A DNA stretch of 62,792 nucleotides from an uncultured Candidatus Poseidoniales archaeon (GTDB lineage: Archaea; Thermoplasmatota; Poseidoniia; Poseidoniales; Thalassarchaeaceae): the NCBI GenBank assembly GCA_964401115.1, contig CAYNXD010000025.1, forward strand, positions 1 to 62,792, written 5' to 3'. The notes under the pieces were generated by a model. The model searched no databases, was not told the DNA's origin, and worked only from the letters and a program-made list of their open reading frames with translations. Both the position numbers and the translations under genes were made by a program. Positions 36,745-47,211 of the stretch are shown here, one piece after another. The number at the start of each line of letters is the position of its first letter. Position 1 is the stretch's first letter.

Positions 36745-39700
36745 TTGAGCGATGTTAAGCCTTCAATTATTGTGTCCAGTACTCGCTTTGTCATTCTCGT
36801 ACTTGCACTCTTTCTCTTCATGCCTTGGTCATACGGAAGTCAAAATGAAGATACACTAAACCTCTCAGAGTCATCATCTTACACAAGCAATGTCTGGAAT
36901 GAAACTCCTTTTCGAGACATAGCAGTCCCAGAAAATTTCACCTTTCTTTCATTCATCAATTATTCAGATGTCGGAATACTAATCAATAACAATAGTGAAG
37001 ACAGTAAAGCGATAGGTTTCGCCTTCGTCGCTGCTCGTAATATATCCCCCAATCGCATTTTTTTGTTTGATAATGATAGCACACCCACTGGAGAAACAAT
37101 TAATCCAGACCAATTTGATACTTATTTTGCGAATCCATTGAGAGATATGATTTCAGACAGAAATTTGACTACCGAATTGAATTATCTTGTAACGACGAAA
37201 GGGGTCCCTCTCAGGATAAATGGTCCTGGAAATGGATTAGCTTCCTTTGATTCTGAAATTGGCCTAATTAACGGTGCCTACAATTCTACGATTCATCAAA
37301 ATTGGTGGGCAACCCATACCTATGGTCCGGGTGCAGGCGAAGAGATGAAGAGATTTTCACGCCAAGAAGAAGGCTTCTATCTAGTAACCCGGCTAACTGG
37401 CTATACTGTAGATACGGCTTTAGGGCTGATTGAAAAGGCGAACAACTCATTCGGGCAACGTGGAATTGGAATACTTGATTTAGCAACCAATGGATACCAA
37501 TCTTGGAATGACAGGCTTCACTCAACAAATACAACGATGAATGGAACAATGGGGCTTCCTATACACTTCAATCAGAACTCGACCTTTGTTACTAATCAGA
37601 GTAATGTAATGTTCTATGCGTCATGGGGATCTAACGATGGGTCATGGAATGAAAATTGGTTACCAAACTCTGGATTCGATACATCAAGTAACTCGTGGGC
37701 AACCGGGGCAAAATATTGGGTGGATAATAATCCACCACTTTCCGGTAATGAAAGTTTTGAGTGGGTTAGGCAAACCGCAGTGAAGAAAAACGGTAATGGT
37801 GCAATGGAAGGAAACCTTGTACCGGAAACTTGTACTGTGACTGAAGCCAGCTCAACAAGTGGGTTGCTAGCAGAATATTTTGACAATGCAGGAGTTTCTT
37901 ACAACTCAAGTCTGATGCCGGATTTATCAGGAAGAGTACCAGACTATTGGCGTTCCGAACAGAATATCAATCACCCCAACACAGCTGGTGCTTGGTCTGG
38001 GCTTGATAGTAGCATGTTCAGTGATTATTGGTCTGCTCGGCATACTGGAGTGATTTCAATTCCAGATAGTGGGAATTGGACCTTTTATCTAAACAGTGAT
38101 GACGGATCAAAATTGTGGATTGATGGAGTAGAAGTAATCAGCAATGTAGGAGTTCATGGGATGAGAGAAATTTCTGCAACAGTACAACTTTCTGCGGGGC
38201 CACATAAGATTAAGACAGAATTCTTTGAACAGGGTGGATGGGCTGGATTAATTCTGTCATGGCAGGGGCCTAATCAAGGTAAACAAGTCGTCCCAAATAA
38301 TGCATTTACTAGAGGCATGGCAGATTCAGTCACTGCTGATTTAACTCATCATTGGACTTTTGATGAGAGTTCTGGTACATCGATCGAGGATTCTGCAGGC
38401 ACCTCAAACCTCACACTTTTCAATAGTAACAACGGGGTTGGTTGGCAGCAATGTCTTTTCGGGAATTGTTATCACTTTGATGGTAATGACGATTATGCCA
38501 AAATAGATGTTAGTGACTGGGGGGGTAACTTTTCAGTGTCGTTGTGGGTAAATACAGGTAATGTTAATCAAAATCGATATTCTTCAGCATTCACTGTAAA
38601 TGATGTAGCTGGAGATCCAGAATCGTTCCAAATAATGACGAGCGGCTCAAACCCCGGTGATTGGGAATTATATCACAATGTCTCATATTCATTCGGAGGG
38701 ATTCAAGAAGACGTATGGACGCATCTCGCTGTTACCTATGAAAACAATGTTCTCCGACAATATCTCAATGGCATTCTTGTTCAAAATACAACTGTTCCAA
38801 GTGGTAGTATAGATAGCATTGAATTATACAAGGTGGGAGTAAATAGGGGTGGGAATGCACATTTTGAAGGATTGATTGATGATATTAAAATTTGGAATCG
38901 AACGCTGTTTGATTCTGAAATCACTGAAATCAATGCGGCTGCTGCAGTTACTTGCCCGAGTTATAGCAATGCAGGAATTGGTGAAACATCAGTCGAACAA
39001 ACATATGATTTCAATGATGATTTGAAAGGTCATGCTTGGATAATATATGGTCATGGAATGAAAGATGGCTGGATATCTGGCAATTATAGAATCGAAGTAT
39101 CCTCATTTGATGACAACGGTACTCTACTTGATACAAATACAAGTTCGTCTCAAAGTTTGGCATCATCTTGGAATTCGATTACTATGCGTTTCAGGCCACA
39201 TGAAAACGGTTCATCATTTAAGGTCAAGATGATTGCTTTGCTAGATTCTACAACTAGAAACGGATCGATTTACTTTGATACAATGAATTTACGAGCCATT
39301 AGGCCTCACTTTGAATGGGTTGATGGTAGTATTGCTGAGACTGCTGTTAGTACCGGAGGGAGGACATTCACTTCGGGAGCCTCTTATGGTCAGAGTTTGG
39401 TTGCTGACCTTCTAGAGGATGGTGTCTCAGGAGTCAAGGGATACGTATACGAGCCTTACCTTAGCGCTGTAGGGTATCCAGATATTCTATTACCATATTA
39501 TGCAAATGGATACAATTTCGCCGAAGTAAATTATGCTGCAAATCCTATGATTTCTTGGATGGGTACAGTAATTGGTGACCCTAAGATGGCACCGTATGCG
39601 GACATACTTCACGATGTTGAATTAGAGGCAGTGAAAACAGACGGGATGCTTTCAATTGGAGTGAATGGTAGTCTCGAAATTATTGTACAGAATCTTGCTC

Positions 39701-42003
39701 CGGGAATTGCCAATGGTTCGATTGAAGTTCGAGATAGAAATGGAAACAGTGTCTTAGCAAATGTATCACTTCAGATGCCAGGTGGTAATGATGTCGGCTC
39801 TCGCAGAATAGTCTCTGTGAATTTGACACCCACAAGAGTAGGTTTCAACGAGTATGTCATTCGTTACACTGCAAGTGATTGGTTGAATCCAGAAAGAGTT
39901 GTTGAGAACAACATTGTAATCCTCAATATTCAGGTAAATGAAGGCCCGGAAATTGAAGGATTGGTATGCACATCATGGACTGCACATAGAGGTGAAACAG
40001 TAGGTTGCACTAGTGCTGTAAATGATGATTTTGGAGTGACGCAAGCCCGTCTAGGTTGGAGGGTGAACGGTAGCAACGACAACTGGACTTTCATCAATTC
40101 AACTAGTTTGGATTTCATAAATTGGTATTCTAGCCTTAAGATACCTACCAATATTGATTTGGGTAAATTGGATTTAATATCGGAAGTTAGAGATGCTCAA
40201 AATCAAGTGGCCCAGTTTGTGATGAATGGTGTGATGACAATTACGAATGCCCCCCATACATGGTTTGGAGTACATGTTGCGGGAATCGACCCAGTGAATT
40301 GGAATGGTGTCATGCCTTTGCTAGACAATGTTGCTGGAGAAGTTACTCGTGACAGCGACATCACCTTGAAAGCTTGCGTGGTAGATGCCGATCACGACCC
40401 TCAAAATGAACTACCGATGATAATTACCAACAATGGTAATGTTTCAGAAGTACAGCCCACTGAAAGCCAATTTTCAGATGTATTTTGCTACCAAGCGATA
40501 TGGAGAATGGAATGGGGGAGCTCAACAAAGAACACCACAGTATTCCTTTACGATGCAGCAGGAAATCTATTCACAACAAGATTAATTCCAGTACGAGATG
40601 AACCTTTCAATATTGAAATGGAATTAACAGATTTTAATGGTGTTGCACAAACTTTAGCCCAGGGCACAGGTGAGAGAATTGTAATTTCAATTACTGATGA
40701 AGATGATGTACTATCAAACTACGAGTATCATTTGAAAGTCATCTGGCCCGGCCATTCTGAGCAAATAATAGAAGGACATATTGAAGCAGACGGCACACTT
40801 CGATACAACTCTTCAGTCACATTGGCTCCGCCGCCCCCGGGGTTGGAGTTTGGTGAATTGAAAGTGGAAATCCAAATCACAGATATTGCGAATTTTGGTA
40901 TCACTCAAGTCAAACATATGAATTGGTCAATGCACCTACAACCCCCTTCGGTGTTTGAAATTGGATTTTGTGATGGGAATCAAAATCTTCTCATAAGAGG
41001 AAAAGAAGTGCGTGGTTGGGTAATGATTGATGTAAATAGACTTGTTAATGGTGTATCATTTAATTTGGCCCAATCCGGAAATGTCAAACAAATGCAATCT
41101 AATCAATTGGACTGGGATGATTGTCAATTCCCAGACTCAGAAGATTTCTATTGGGGATTTACTCTAAATGCAGATAATAGTTTCACCTCAGGAAATGGAA
41201 CATTGCAAGTAGTCGTTTTAGACATTGATGGATTGAGGGGTGTAGGGGATTTTGAAATTGAAATTACCTTTGGCCTTCCTACGGTAATCAATCAATCAGG
41301 GGAGGTTAATGAAGGTCAATTTGGCAATCTTGAAGCGTATTTAGTTGATTCAGATGGGCACCAGGGGACATTTTGCACTTTCATCATCATCGATTCTAAT
41401 GGGACTACAGTCATGGAATCTGATGGGCCTTTACCTAATAACGGCATATTCTCAACAAGATGGATGCCACCAACATCCGGGGCTCCATTTGCATCTACAA
41501 TTGGATGCACAGATGCTCAGGGTAATCAAGTTGCACATACTCGAGATGAAATATATCCAAATCCTGCTATAACATCTAGTGATGCGAATAACTCTGATGT
41601 TTTGAATGAGAATCCGAAAAGTGATGTTGTGAATCCCAAACTAATTTTCTTAATTGTAGTAGTAGTATTATTCTTTGCAATTATTGCAACTATCTTGCTT
41701 CTACAAAATAATTCAAATAAAAATGAATTTGAAGATCCGTCAGAAAAATTGGATCAAAGCAGCGAATGGTCGGCCCCTAACGATTCAAGGATAGAAGGCG
41801 AGCAAAATATAGCATTTGCAGAGATGGCGATGGGGGAACTTGATGGGGTCTCAACAAATAATCAAGACATGTCAGATGTTGAAGAAATATTGCAGGAAGA
41901 GGGAGAAATTGACATATCTCTCAACAATGTTGGAGATCCAGAGAGTTCGATGGTTATTGACATCTCAGAAGATCACCAGCCAGATGAATCAAATGAAAGT
42001 TGA
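36745..42003 (+). CDS. TIGR03790-family surface protein with inserted PA14 and LamG domains and a C-terminal TM anchor
   Basis: TIGR03790-like YLVTTKGVP, LVTRLTGYT, SWGSND, GSIAETAVSTGGRTF, GVKGYVYEPYL. PA14: GLLAEYF, WTFYLNSDDGSKLWIDG. LamG: HWTFDE, HFDGNDDY, WTHLAVTY, GLIDDIKIWN. Confidence 0.82.
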   Translation: MSDVKPSIIVSSTRFVILVLALFLFMPWSYGSQNEDTLNLSESSSYTSNVWNETPFRDIAVPENFTFLSFINYSDVGILINNNSEDSKAIGFAFVAARNISPNRIFLFDNDSTPTGETINPDQFDTYFANPLRDMISDRNLTTELNYLVTTKGVPLRINGPGNGLASFDSEIGLINGAYNSTIHQNWWATHTYGPGAGEEMKRFSRQEEGFYLVTRLTGYTVDTALGLIEKANNSFGQRGIGILDLATNGYQSWNDRLHSTNTTMNGTMGLPIHFNQNSTFVTNQSNVMFYASWGSNDGSWNENWLPNSGFDTSSNSWATGAKYWVDNNPPLSGNESFEWVRQTAVKKNGNGAMEGNLVPETCTVTEASSTSGLLAEYFDNAGVSYNSSLMPDLSGRVPDYWRSEQNINHPNTAGAWSGLDSSMFSDYWSARHTGVISIPDSGNWTFYLNSDDGSKLWIDGVEVISNVGVHGMREISATVQLSAGPHKIKTEFFEQGGWAGLILSWQGPNQGKQVVPNNAFTRGMADSVTADLTHHWTFDESSGTSIEDSAGTSNLTLFNSNNGVGWQQCLFGNCYHFDGNDDYAKIDVSDWGGNFSVSLWVNTGNVNQNRYSSAFTVNDVAGDPESFQIMTSGSNPGDWELYHNVSYSFGGIQEDVWTHLAVTYENNVLRQYLNGILVQNTTVPSGSIDSIELYKVGVNRGGNAHFEGLIDDIKIWNRTLFDSEITEINAAAAVTCPSYSNAGIGETSVEQTYDFNDDLKGHAWIIYGHGMKDGWISGNYRIEVSSFDDNGTLLDTNTSSSQSLASSWNSITMRFRPHENGSSFKVKMIALLDSTTRNGSIYFDTMNLRAIRPHFEWVDGSIAETAVSTGGRTFTSGASYGQSLVADLLEDGVSGVKGYVYEPYLSAVGYPDILLPYYANGYNFAEVNYAANPMISWMGTVIGDPKMAPYADILHDVELEAVKTDGMLSIGVNGSLEIIVQNLAPGIANGSIEVRDRNGNSVLANVSLQMPGGNDVGSRRIVSVNLTPTRVGFNEYVIRYTASDWLNPERVVENNIVILNIQVNEGPEIEGLVCTSWTAHRGETVGCTSAVNDDFGVTQARLGWRVNGSNDNWTFINSTSLDFINWYSSLKIPTNIDLGKLDLISEVRDAQNQVAQFVMNGVMTITNAPHTWFGVHVAGIDPVNWNGVMPLLDNVAGEVTRDSDITLKACVVDADHDPQNELPMIITNNGNVSEVQPTESQFSDVFCYQAIWRMEWGSSTKNTTVFLYDAAGNLFTTRLIPVRDEPFNIEMELTDFNGVAQTLAQGTGERIVISITDEDDVLSNYEYHLKVIWPGHSEQIIEGHIEADGTLRYNSSVTLAPPPPGLEFGELKVEIQITDIANFGITQVKHMNWSMHLQPPSVFEIGFCDGNQNLLIRGKEVRGWVMIDVNRLVNGVSFNLAQSGNVKQMQSNQLDWDDCQFPDSEDFYWGFTLNADNSFTSGNGTLQVVVLDIDGLRGVGDFEIEITFGLPTVINQSGEVNEGQFGNLEAYLVDSDGHQGTFCTFIIIDSNGTTVMESDGPLPNNGIFSTRWMPPTSGAPFASTIGCTDAQGNQVAHTRDEIYPNPAITSSDANNSDVLNENPKSDVVNPKLIFLIVVVVLFFAIIATILLLQNNSNKNEFEDPSEKLDQSSEWSAPNDSRIEGEQNIAFAEMAMGELDGVSTNNQDMSDVEEILQEEGEIDISLNNVGDPESSMVIDISEDHQPDESNES

Positions 42004-42060
42004 TTAGAAAATGGTAATAATTCCCCAAAGGATTGAATTAGGGGTGTATCTCGGACAGGC

Positions 42061-42294
42061 ATGGCTGTAGGATATGTTCTCATCAATGTTAAACCCGGTT
42101 CAGAAATGCCCGTGTATAATATTGTAAAAGAATTGGAAATGGTAGAAGATGCAACTCTCCTATTTGGCGACTATGATTTAATTGTAAAAATGAATGCCCA
42201 ATCAATGGGAAACATCGCAGCTGCAGTGGTTGAAAATATCAGATCAATAGATGGAGTTCTTGATACAAAAACACTCGCTGGCGCAGAATTGTGA
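42061..42294 (+). CDS. Stand-alone Lrp/AsnC ligand-binding (RAM) domain protein
   Basis: GYVLINVKPG, LFGDYDLIVK, IRSIDGVLDTKTL; 77 aa with no HTH. Confidence 0.88.
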   Translation: MAVGYVLINVKPGSEMPVYNIVKELEMVEDATLLFGDYDLIVKMNAQSMGNIAAAVVENIRSIDGVLDTKTLAGAEL

Positions 42295-42537
42295 TTGCAA
42301 ATACAGTTTTTTCAACACAGGTTTTTTACCCCTTTTTCAAATTTCATCCATTTGTTATTATTTAATGTCAGATTCTATAAAGACATTATTTTCTCAAAAC
42401 CAATTGACGAAAAGCCTATCGCGAATATACTTTCGAAATGTTGTATTGAATGCCCAATGTGGCGCAGTACAGCGTTTAGCACAGGAAATCTTTAAATACT
42501 CTCTGTATTGGGACGCTGGCCAAGGAGGTTATCCGAA

Positions 42538-42801
42538 ATGAGCAAGAAATACTTCGTCCTAATGGAGGGCGGAAAAGATACTAGCCAAGTATTCGCGAGC
42601 AAGCAACCTAGGGGCGCTGCCCTGAAGGCCGCAAGTCGCGGAGTGAAAGACATCAACCTACGTGAGCGCGGTACTAAGCGCGTACATGTGTTTGAGGGGC
42701 GTAGAGACCACGTTGCAAAACCTGCAAATGGTCCATCGTGGCTACCTGACAAAGTCTGGAAGGCAAACGTCAAGAAGTTACGAGTAGATCATCTCGACTG
42801 A
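42538..42801 (+). CDS. mc1: Non-histone chromosomal protein MC1
   Basis: VF..KQPRGAALKAASRG, LRERGTKRVHVFEG, PSWLP.KVWKANVKK. GGAGGT RBS before ATG 42538 and TTTAAATA upstream. Confidence 0.9.
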   Translation: MSKKYFVLMEGGKDTSQVFASKQPRGAALKAASRGVKDINLRERGTKRVHVFEGRRDHVAKPANGPSWLPDKVWKANVKKLRVDHLD

Positions 42802-42840
42802 TGTCTATCTTGATAGAAAACCAAGTAATGCGAACACGGT

Positions 42841-42870
42841 CCAAGTGGGTCCCTCTAGGCGGCCCACTGG
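42841..42870. terminator. Hairpin between the convergent mc1 and sdhB genes
   Basis: AGTGGGTC...GGCCCACT 8-bp stem with an inner CCT/AGG stem. Function is inferred from position only. Confidence 0.3.
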
Positions 42871-42874
42871 ACTA

Positions 42875-43639
42875 TTATTTTCTAAGTCCAATTTTCTTTG
42901 CAACCCAAGCAATTGGGTCGTAGTATTCAGTGACTATTCTTTCCTTTAGAGGAATGATTGCATTGTCGGTAATTTTAATTCCTGCGGGGCATACTTCTGT
43001 ACAACAGTGCGTGATATTACAATATCCAATCCCAAATTCATCTTTAATTTGAGCAAGTCTATCACTGGTATCCATTGGATGCATTTCTAGATTAGCCAAA
43101 CGGACAAAGAATCGCGGTCCAGCAAATTCATCAAACAATTGGTGCTCTCTTATTACATGACAAGTATTGATACAGAGCATGCATTCTATGCAGGAACGGA
43201 ACTCTTGAACTCTATCAGCTTCATGTTGTTGAAATACCCAGTCTTTTTCTTCAGGGCCTTTCAGGGATGGGATTTTCATATTCAATTCATATGCCCATGA
43301 AACATCTGAAACAAGATCCTTTGTTAGTGGGAAAGATTTCATCGGTTTGACTATTACAGGTTCTCCTGGTGGAGTTTCAACTTCAATATCCGACATTCTA
43401 GTCATACACATCAAGCGAGATTTTCCATTCACCTCAGCCGAGCAAGAGCCACATTTGCCTGCCTTACAATTCCAACGACAAGAAAGTTCAGGTGCGTGTT
43501 GAGCCTGAATTTCATGGATTACATCTAGCACAACCATTCCTTCATCCATTTCTATAGTATAGTCAACCATTTCGCCACAAGGAACACCATTTTCATCTGG
43601 CTCCCCACGGAACACGCTGAAAGTGACATCTTTACCCAT
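42875..43639 (-). CDS. sdhB: Succinate dehydrogenase/fumarate reductase Fe-S subunit
   Basis: CKAGKCGSC, RLMC, CIECMLCINTC, CNITHCCTEVCP. Confidence 0.93.
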   Translation of the reverse strand: MGKDVTFSVFRGEPDENGVPCGEMVDYTIEMDEGMVVLDVIHEIQAQHAPELSCRWNCKAGKCGSCSAEVNGKSRLMCMTRMSDIEVETPPGEPVIVKPMKSFPLTKDLVSDVSWAYELNMKIPSLKGPEEKDWVFQQHEADRVQEFRSCIECMLCINTCHVIREHQLFDEFAGPRFFVRLANLEMHPMDTSDRLAQIKDEFGIGYCNITHCCTEVCPAGIKITDNAIIPLKERIVTEYYDPIAWVAKKIGLRK

Positions 43640-45474
43640 TATTCTTCCTCCATGTGTAGGTCACTTTCGTCAAGTAATCCTCTCAAATCATTAGAAATTG
43701 GAGGGTAACTACGATGGTCAAGTTTCATTGAACCATCCTCATCCATCCAAATAACACTGTTAACTTTCCCCCAATATGAATAATCCGGTACAGGGTAATC
43801 TTCTCTAGTGTGACCCCCTCTACTTTCTTCCCTAGCTAGAGCGGCTATTGCACACATTCTGCTAATATCAACCATGGCGTTAATCTCGAGTGCTTGATGC
43901 CATCCCGGATTGTAGATTTTCCCTCCCCCTGGTGATGATAATAGGCCACGGGATGAAATGTCATCCAAGTCTAATAAGGCCTCTTCAAGTAGAGATTTGG
44001 AGCGAATAATTCCAACTTTGTTTTGCATCATTTCCCTAAGGTCAGATACAATCTTAGCTGGATTCTCCCCATTTTCTCTTTCAAGTGGGGCTAGTGTTTC
44101 AGATACTACCAAATCAATTTCAGTTTGGTCAATTTCTTCCCAATCATCCATATTTAGGGCAAACTTGGCAGCATATTCGCCAGCTCTTTTTCCAAAGCAA
44201 ACGAGATCAGAAAGAGAATTCCCTCCAAGTCTATTTGCCCCATGAAGACCTGTCGCTGCTTCTCCGGCAGCATATAGTCTAGGCACGGTGGATTCTTGAC
44301 TCTCAGGATTAACTTTGACTCCCCCCATCACATAGTGAGCCGTGGGGCCAACTTCCATGGGCTCCTTAGTGATATCAACACCAGCCAACTCCATGAATTG
44401 ATGATACATACCAGGCAATTTCTTTTTCACCTGTTCCTCATCTCTCCATGATATATCTAGATAGGCTCCACCATGTTCACTTGCCCTTCCAGCGTCTCGC
44501 TCAGAATTAATTGCTTTTGCAACCACGTCACGGGTTAGTAATTCCGGGGGTCTTCTCTTTGTTGCCAATTTACCCTCAATTACTTCATTAACCCATTCAA
44601 GAGATTCTTCTTCAGTATCCGCAAATTCTGGTTTATACATTTCAGGAATGTAGTCGAACATGAATCGTTTTCCTTCAGAATTGCTCAACATACCGCCCTC
44701 TCCTCTAACACCTTCAGTAACGAGAATTCCTTTGACAGAGGGGGGCCAAATCATTCCTGTGGGGTGGAATTGAACGAATTCCATATCGCCCATCTCTGCT
44801 CCAGCCCAATAAGCAAGTGCATGACCCTCACCAGTATATTCCCAGGAACCTGAACATACAGCCCAACATCTTGTAATTCCTCCTGTAGCTAGAATAATTG
44901 TTTTCGCCTTGAAAACGTGAAGTGTCCCATCTGCACGATTGTAGGCAAAGCAACCGGAAGCCTTTCCACCGGTAATGAATATTCGTCTCACAGTGTATTC
45001 CATGAAGACTTCCATTCCACTGTGAATCCCTCTTTCTTGTAAAGTCCGGATCATCTCAAGTCCCGTTGCATCACCAATATGTGCAAGACGTGGATAAGTA
45101 TGGCCACCGAAGTTTCGTTGGTTGGTCAAGCCATCAGCTGTACGATCAAAAATTGCCCCCCATTGTTCTAATTCTCTAATTCGATCTGGAGATTCCTTAG
45201 CATGTATTTCTGCCATTCTCCAATCATTGAGGTACTTTCCACCCTTCATAGTATCACGGAAATGTGTCTCCCAAGAATCTCTAGGGTCCTTGTTTCCTAG
45301 CGCAGCAGCAGCACCACCTTCGGCCATAACGGTGTGTGCCTTACCAAGCATTGACTTACAAACAACAGCTACACTGGCACCTTTACGGGTGGCTTCAATT
45401 GCAGCTCTAAGTCCAGCACCACCCGCGCCAATCACTACTACATCATATTCGTGATTAGTAACTTCAGACATCAT
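43639..45474 (-). CDS. sdhA: Succinate dehydrogenase/fumarate reductase flavoprotein
   Basis: IGAGGAG, KAHTVMAEGG (covalent FAD His), QFHPTG, TEGVRGEGG, HYVMGG, HGANRLGGNSL, REESRGGH. Confidence 0.95.
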   Translation of the reverse strand: MMSEVTNHEYDVVVIGAGGAGLRAAIEATRKGASVAVVCKSMLGKAHTVMAEGGAAAALGNKDPRDSWETHFRDTMKGGKYLNDWRMAEIHAKESPDRIRELEQWGAIFDRTADGLTNQRNFGGHTYPRLAHIGDATGLEMIRTLQERGIHSGMEVFMEYTVRRIFITGGKASGCFAYNRADGTLHVFKAKTIILATGGITRCWAVCSGSWEYTGEGHALAYWAGAEMGDMEFVQFHPTGMIWPPSVKGILVTEGVRGEGGMLSNSEGKRFMFDYIPEMYKPEFADTEEESLEWVNEVIEGKLATKRRPPELLTRDVVAKAINSERDAGRASEHGGAYLDISWRDEEQVKKKLPGMYHQFMELAGVDITKEPMEVGPTAHYVMGGVKVNPESQESTVPRLYAAGEAATGLHGANRLGGNSLSDLVCFGKRAGEYAAKFALNMDDWEEIDQTEIDLVVSETLAPLERENGENPAKIVSDLREMMQNKVGIIRSKSLLEEALLDLDDISSRGLLSSPGGGKIYNPGWHQALEINAMVDISRMCAIAALAREESRGGHTREDYPVPDYSYWGKVNSVIWMDEDGSMKLDHRSYPPISNDLRGLLDESDLHMEEE

Positions 45475-46346
45475 AACCCACCCCACAAAACAATATCAGT
45501 AATCCACTCCATAGTGCAGGCATAGACATAGAAATCTGCAAACATAACAACGAGTAGAGAGTAGAGCGCCCATTCTTTGTGATGTTTATTGAACCAAGTC
45601 GACATTTTCCACATACGGTATCTCAGAGTTGGTCCCGCCTCTCCAGTCCAATGGTTTGCGCTTCCTCCTACGAGATGCCTGAAGGCGTGACATCCGAACG
45701 TATAACCAGATAACATGATGACGTTCAACAGTAGTACGAGGCTACCCACAGAAAAACCGTAAGACAGAGAGTGTGAAGCAGGGTCGTGGAAATTTGTAGA
45801 AAGCCAGACGTCATAACTTAGAATTGGCAAGTAGGCTAGAGCAGCATACAAGAAATACCGGTGCATATTCTGTATTACAAAAAGGCCAGTTTCACCCTTA
45901 TACTTGTTCCAAGGTTTGCTGACAGCGCAAGCAGTTGGTTGCTGCAGGAAAGCACGATAGTAGGCCTTGCGATAATAATAGCATGTACCTCTGAACCCGG
46001 CTGGGAAAATTAGAATGAACATAGCTGGAGACATCCACCAGAGGAATTCTGGAACAGGTCCTCCAAGCCCCCCTTCACCAGGGATAATTAGAGGACTAAA
46101 AAGAGGAGAAAGGACATGGCTTCCTTCACCTTCTATAGCCATAGTCCCGGCATCACCCCCCTGCCCCCCTGAGAGGCCAAATTCACTGAATACCCAGAAG
46201 TCTGCTTCCATAAAACCGCGCCACGTGGCATAAACGACCATTATTCCAAGGTAAGCGGCCATTGCGGTGGGTCCTTTCCACCACGCATCGACCCTATCAG
46301 TAGCTCCGAAGCCACTATTCATTGGTAATTGGACAGGTCCGCTCAT
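45471..46346 (-). CDS. Sdh membrane anchor of the mycobacterial Sdh1 (Rv0249c-like) type
   Basis: First gene of the sdh operon. Multi-TM protein with FRGTCYYYRKAYYR, PTACAV, QNMHRY and GCHAFRH. Confidence 0.75.
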   Translation of the reverse strand: MSGPVQLPMNSGFGATDRVDAWWKGPTAMAAYLGIMVVYATWRGFMEADFWVFSEFGLSGGQGGDAGTMAIEGEGSHVLSPLFSPLIIPGEGGLGGPVPEFLWWMSPAMFILIFPAGFRGTCYYYRKAYYRAFLQQPTACAVSKPWNKYKGETGLFVIQNMHRYFLYAALAYLPILSYDVWLSTNFHDPASHSLSYGFSVGSLVLLLNVIMLSGYTFGCHAFRHLVGGSANHWTGEAGPTLRYRMWKMSTWFNKHHKEWALYSLLVVMFADFYVYACTMEWITDIVLWGGL

Positions 46347-46409
46347 TGTTCAGCCCTGAACTATTCGGAGTATCTGTATTCTATCAACTTCACTATGAGA
46401 TTATCAGAC

Positions 46410-47045
46410 TCATTCAGGGCCCATAAACTCTGAAATTAGGGCCTCAGCCGCTCCCTTAATTCTGTCATTTTCAATTCCAGGAACTACACATAGAACAAAA
46501 AGTACAGCAGAATCGTCCCCCCTAATTCGTGACTTGTGGCTGTCTCTATATGGATACAGTGCAATGATTTCATCGGCTACAGATAACACCAGTTCCTTTC
46601 CAGAACAAGGCTTTGGTTCAGGAAACCCAATTCCAAGAAAGTTCTCACCTTGTTTAGCCATCCTTAGCACCAGTTCTTTGCTAGGTAGGTAATCTACTGA
46701 GAATGCTCCGAGACTAACGCGCATCTCTGCTGAGATTAGATTATAGCGATCAACAATTGGATTTATTCTAGGGAAAGGTTTGCCCCCCAGTATCCTTCTA
46801 ACCAGTGCCTCTGCTGATGGTCGCTTTTTAGTTGGGTCGATTCCGAGCCTCCAATAGAATTGGCGATATGCGGCAACATCGGGCAGTTCTCTCAATTCTT
46901 CTATTGTTATGCCTTTTCTAATCTCATCTAGTCGTTGATCTAATTCATCGTCGCTAAGTTCAGGCCAACCCTTCTCTCCTCGATTGATTAGGATCATTCG
47001 TGGCTCAACTTCGGGTAACTCACCTTCACGAGTAATCTCGAACAT
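46410..47045 (-). CDS. Stand-alone B3/B4 (PheRS-beta-like editing) domain protein
   Basis: YRQFYWRLGIDPTKKRPSAEALVRR, INPIVDRYNLIS, YRDSHKSRI. Confidence 0.85.
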   Translation of the reverse strand: MFEITREGELPEVEPRMILINRGEKGWPELSDDELDQRLDEIRKGITIEELRELPDVAAYRQFYWRLGIDPTKKRPSAEALVRRILGGKPFPRINPIVDRYNLISAEMRVSLGAFSVDYLPSKELVLRMAKQGENFLGIGFPEPKPCSGKELVLSVADEIIALYPYRDSHKSRIRGDDSAVLFVLCVVPGIENDRIKGAAEALISEFMGPE

Positions 47046-47211
47046 GTAGGGGGCTTGGAGCCGTTAGGCTTGAATGTGACCGTTTACTCGCGGAATTAAT
47101 GGATTATCAACCACTTAGTATTTGCACGAAGTGTGGTTTTATGCCAGGTGCTTTCATACCAGGTATGAAATGTCCAGAATGCGGTTCCCTTATTCTGTAA
47201 TAATTAGTCAA

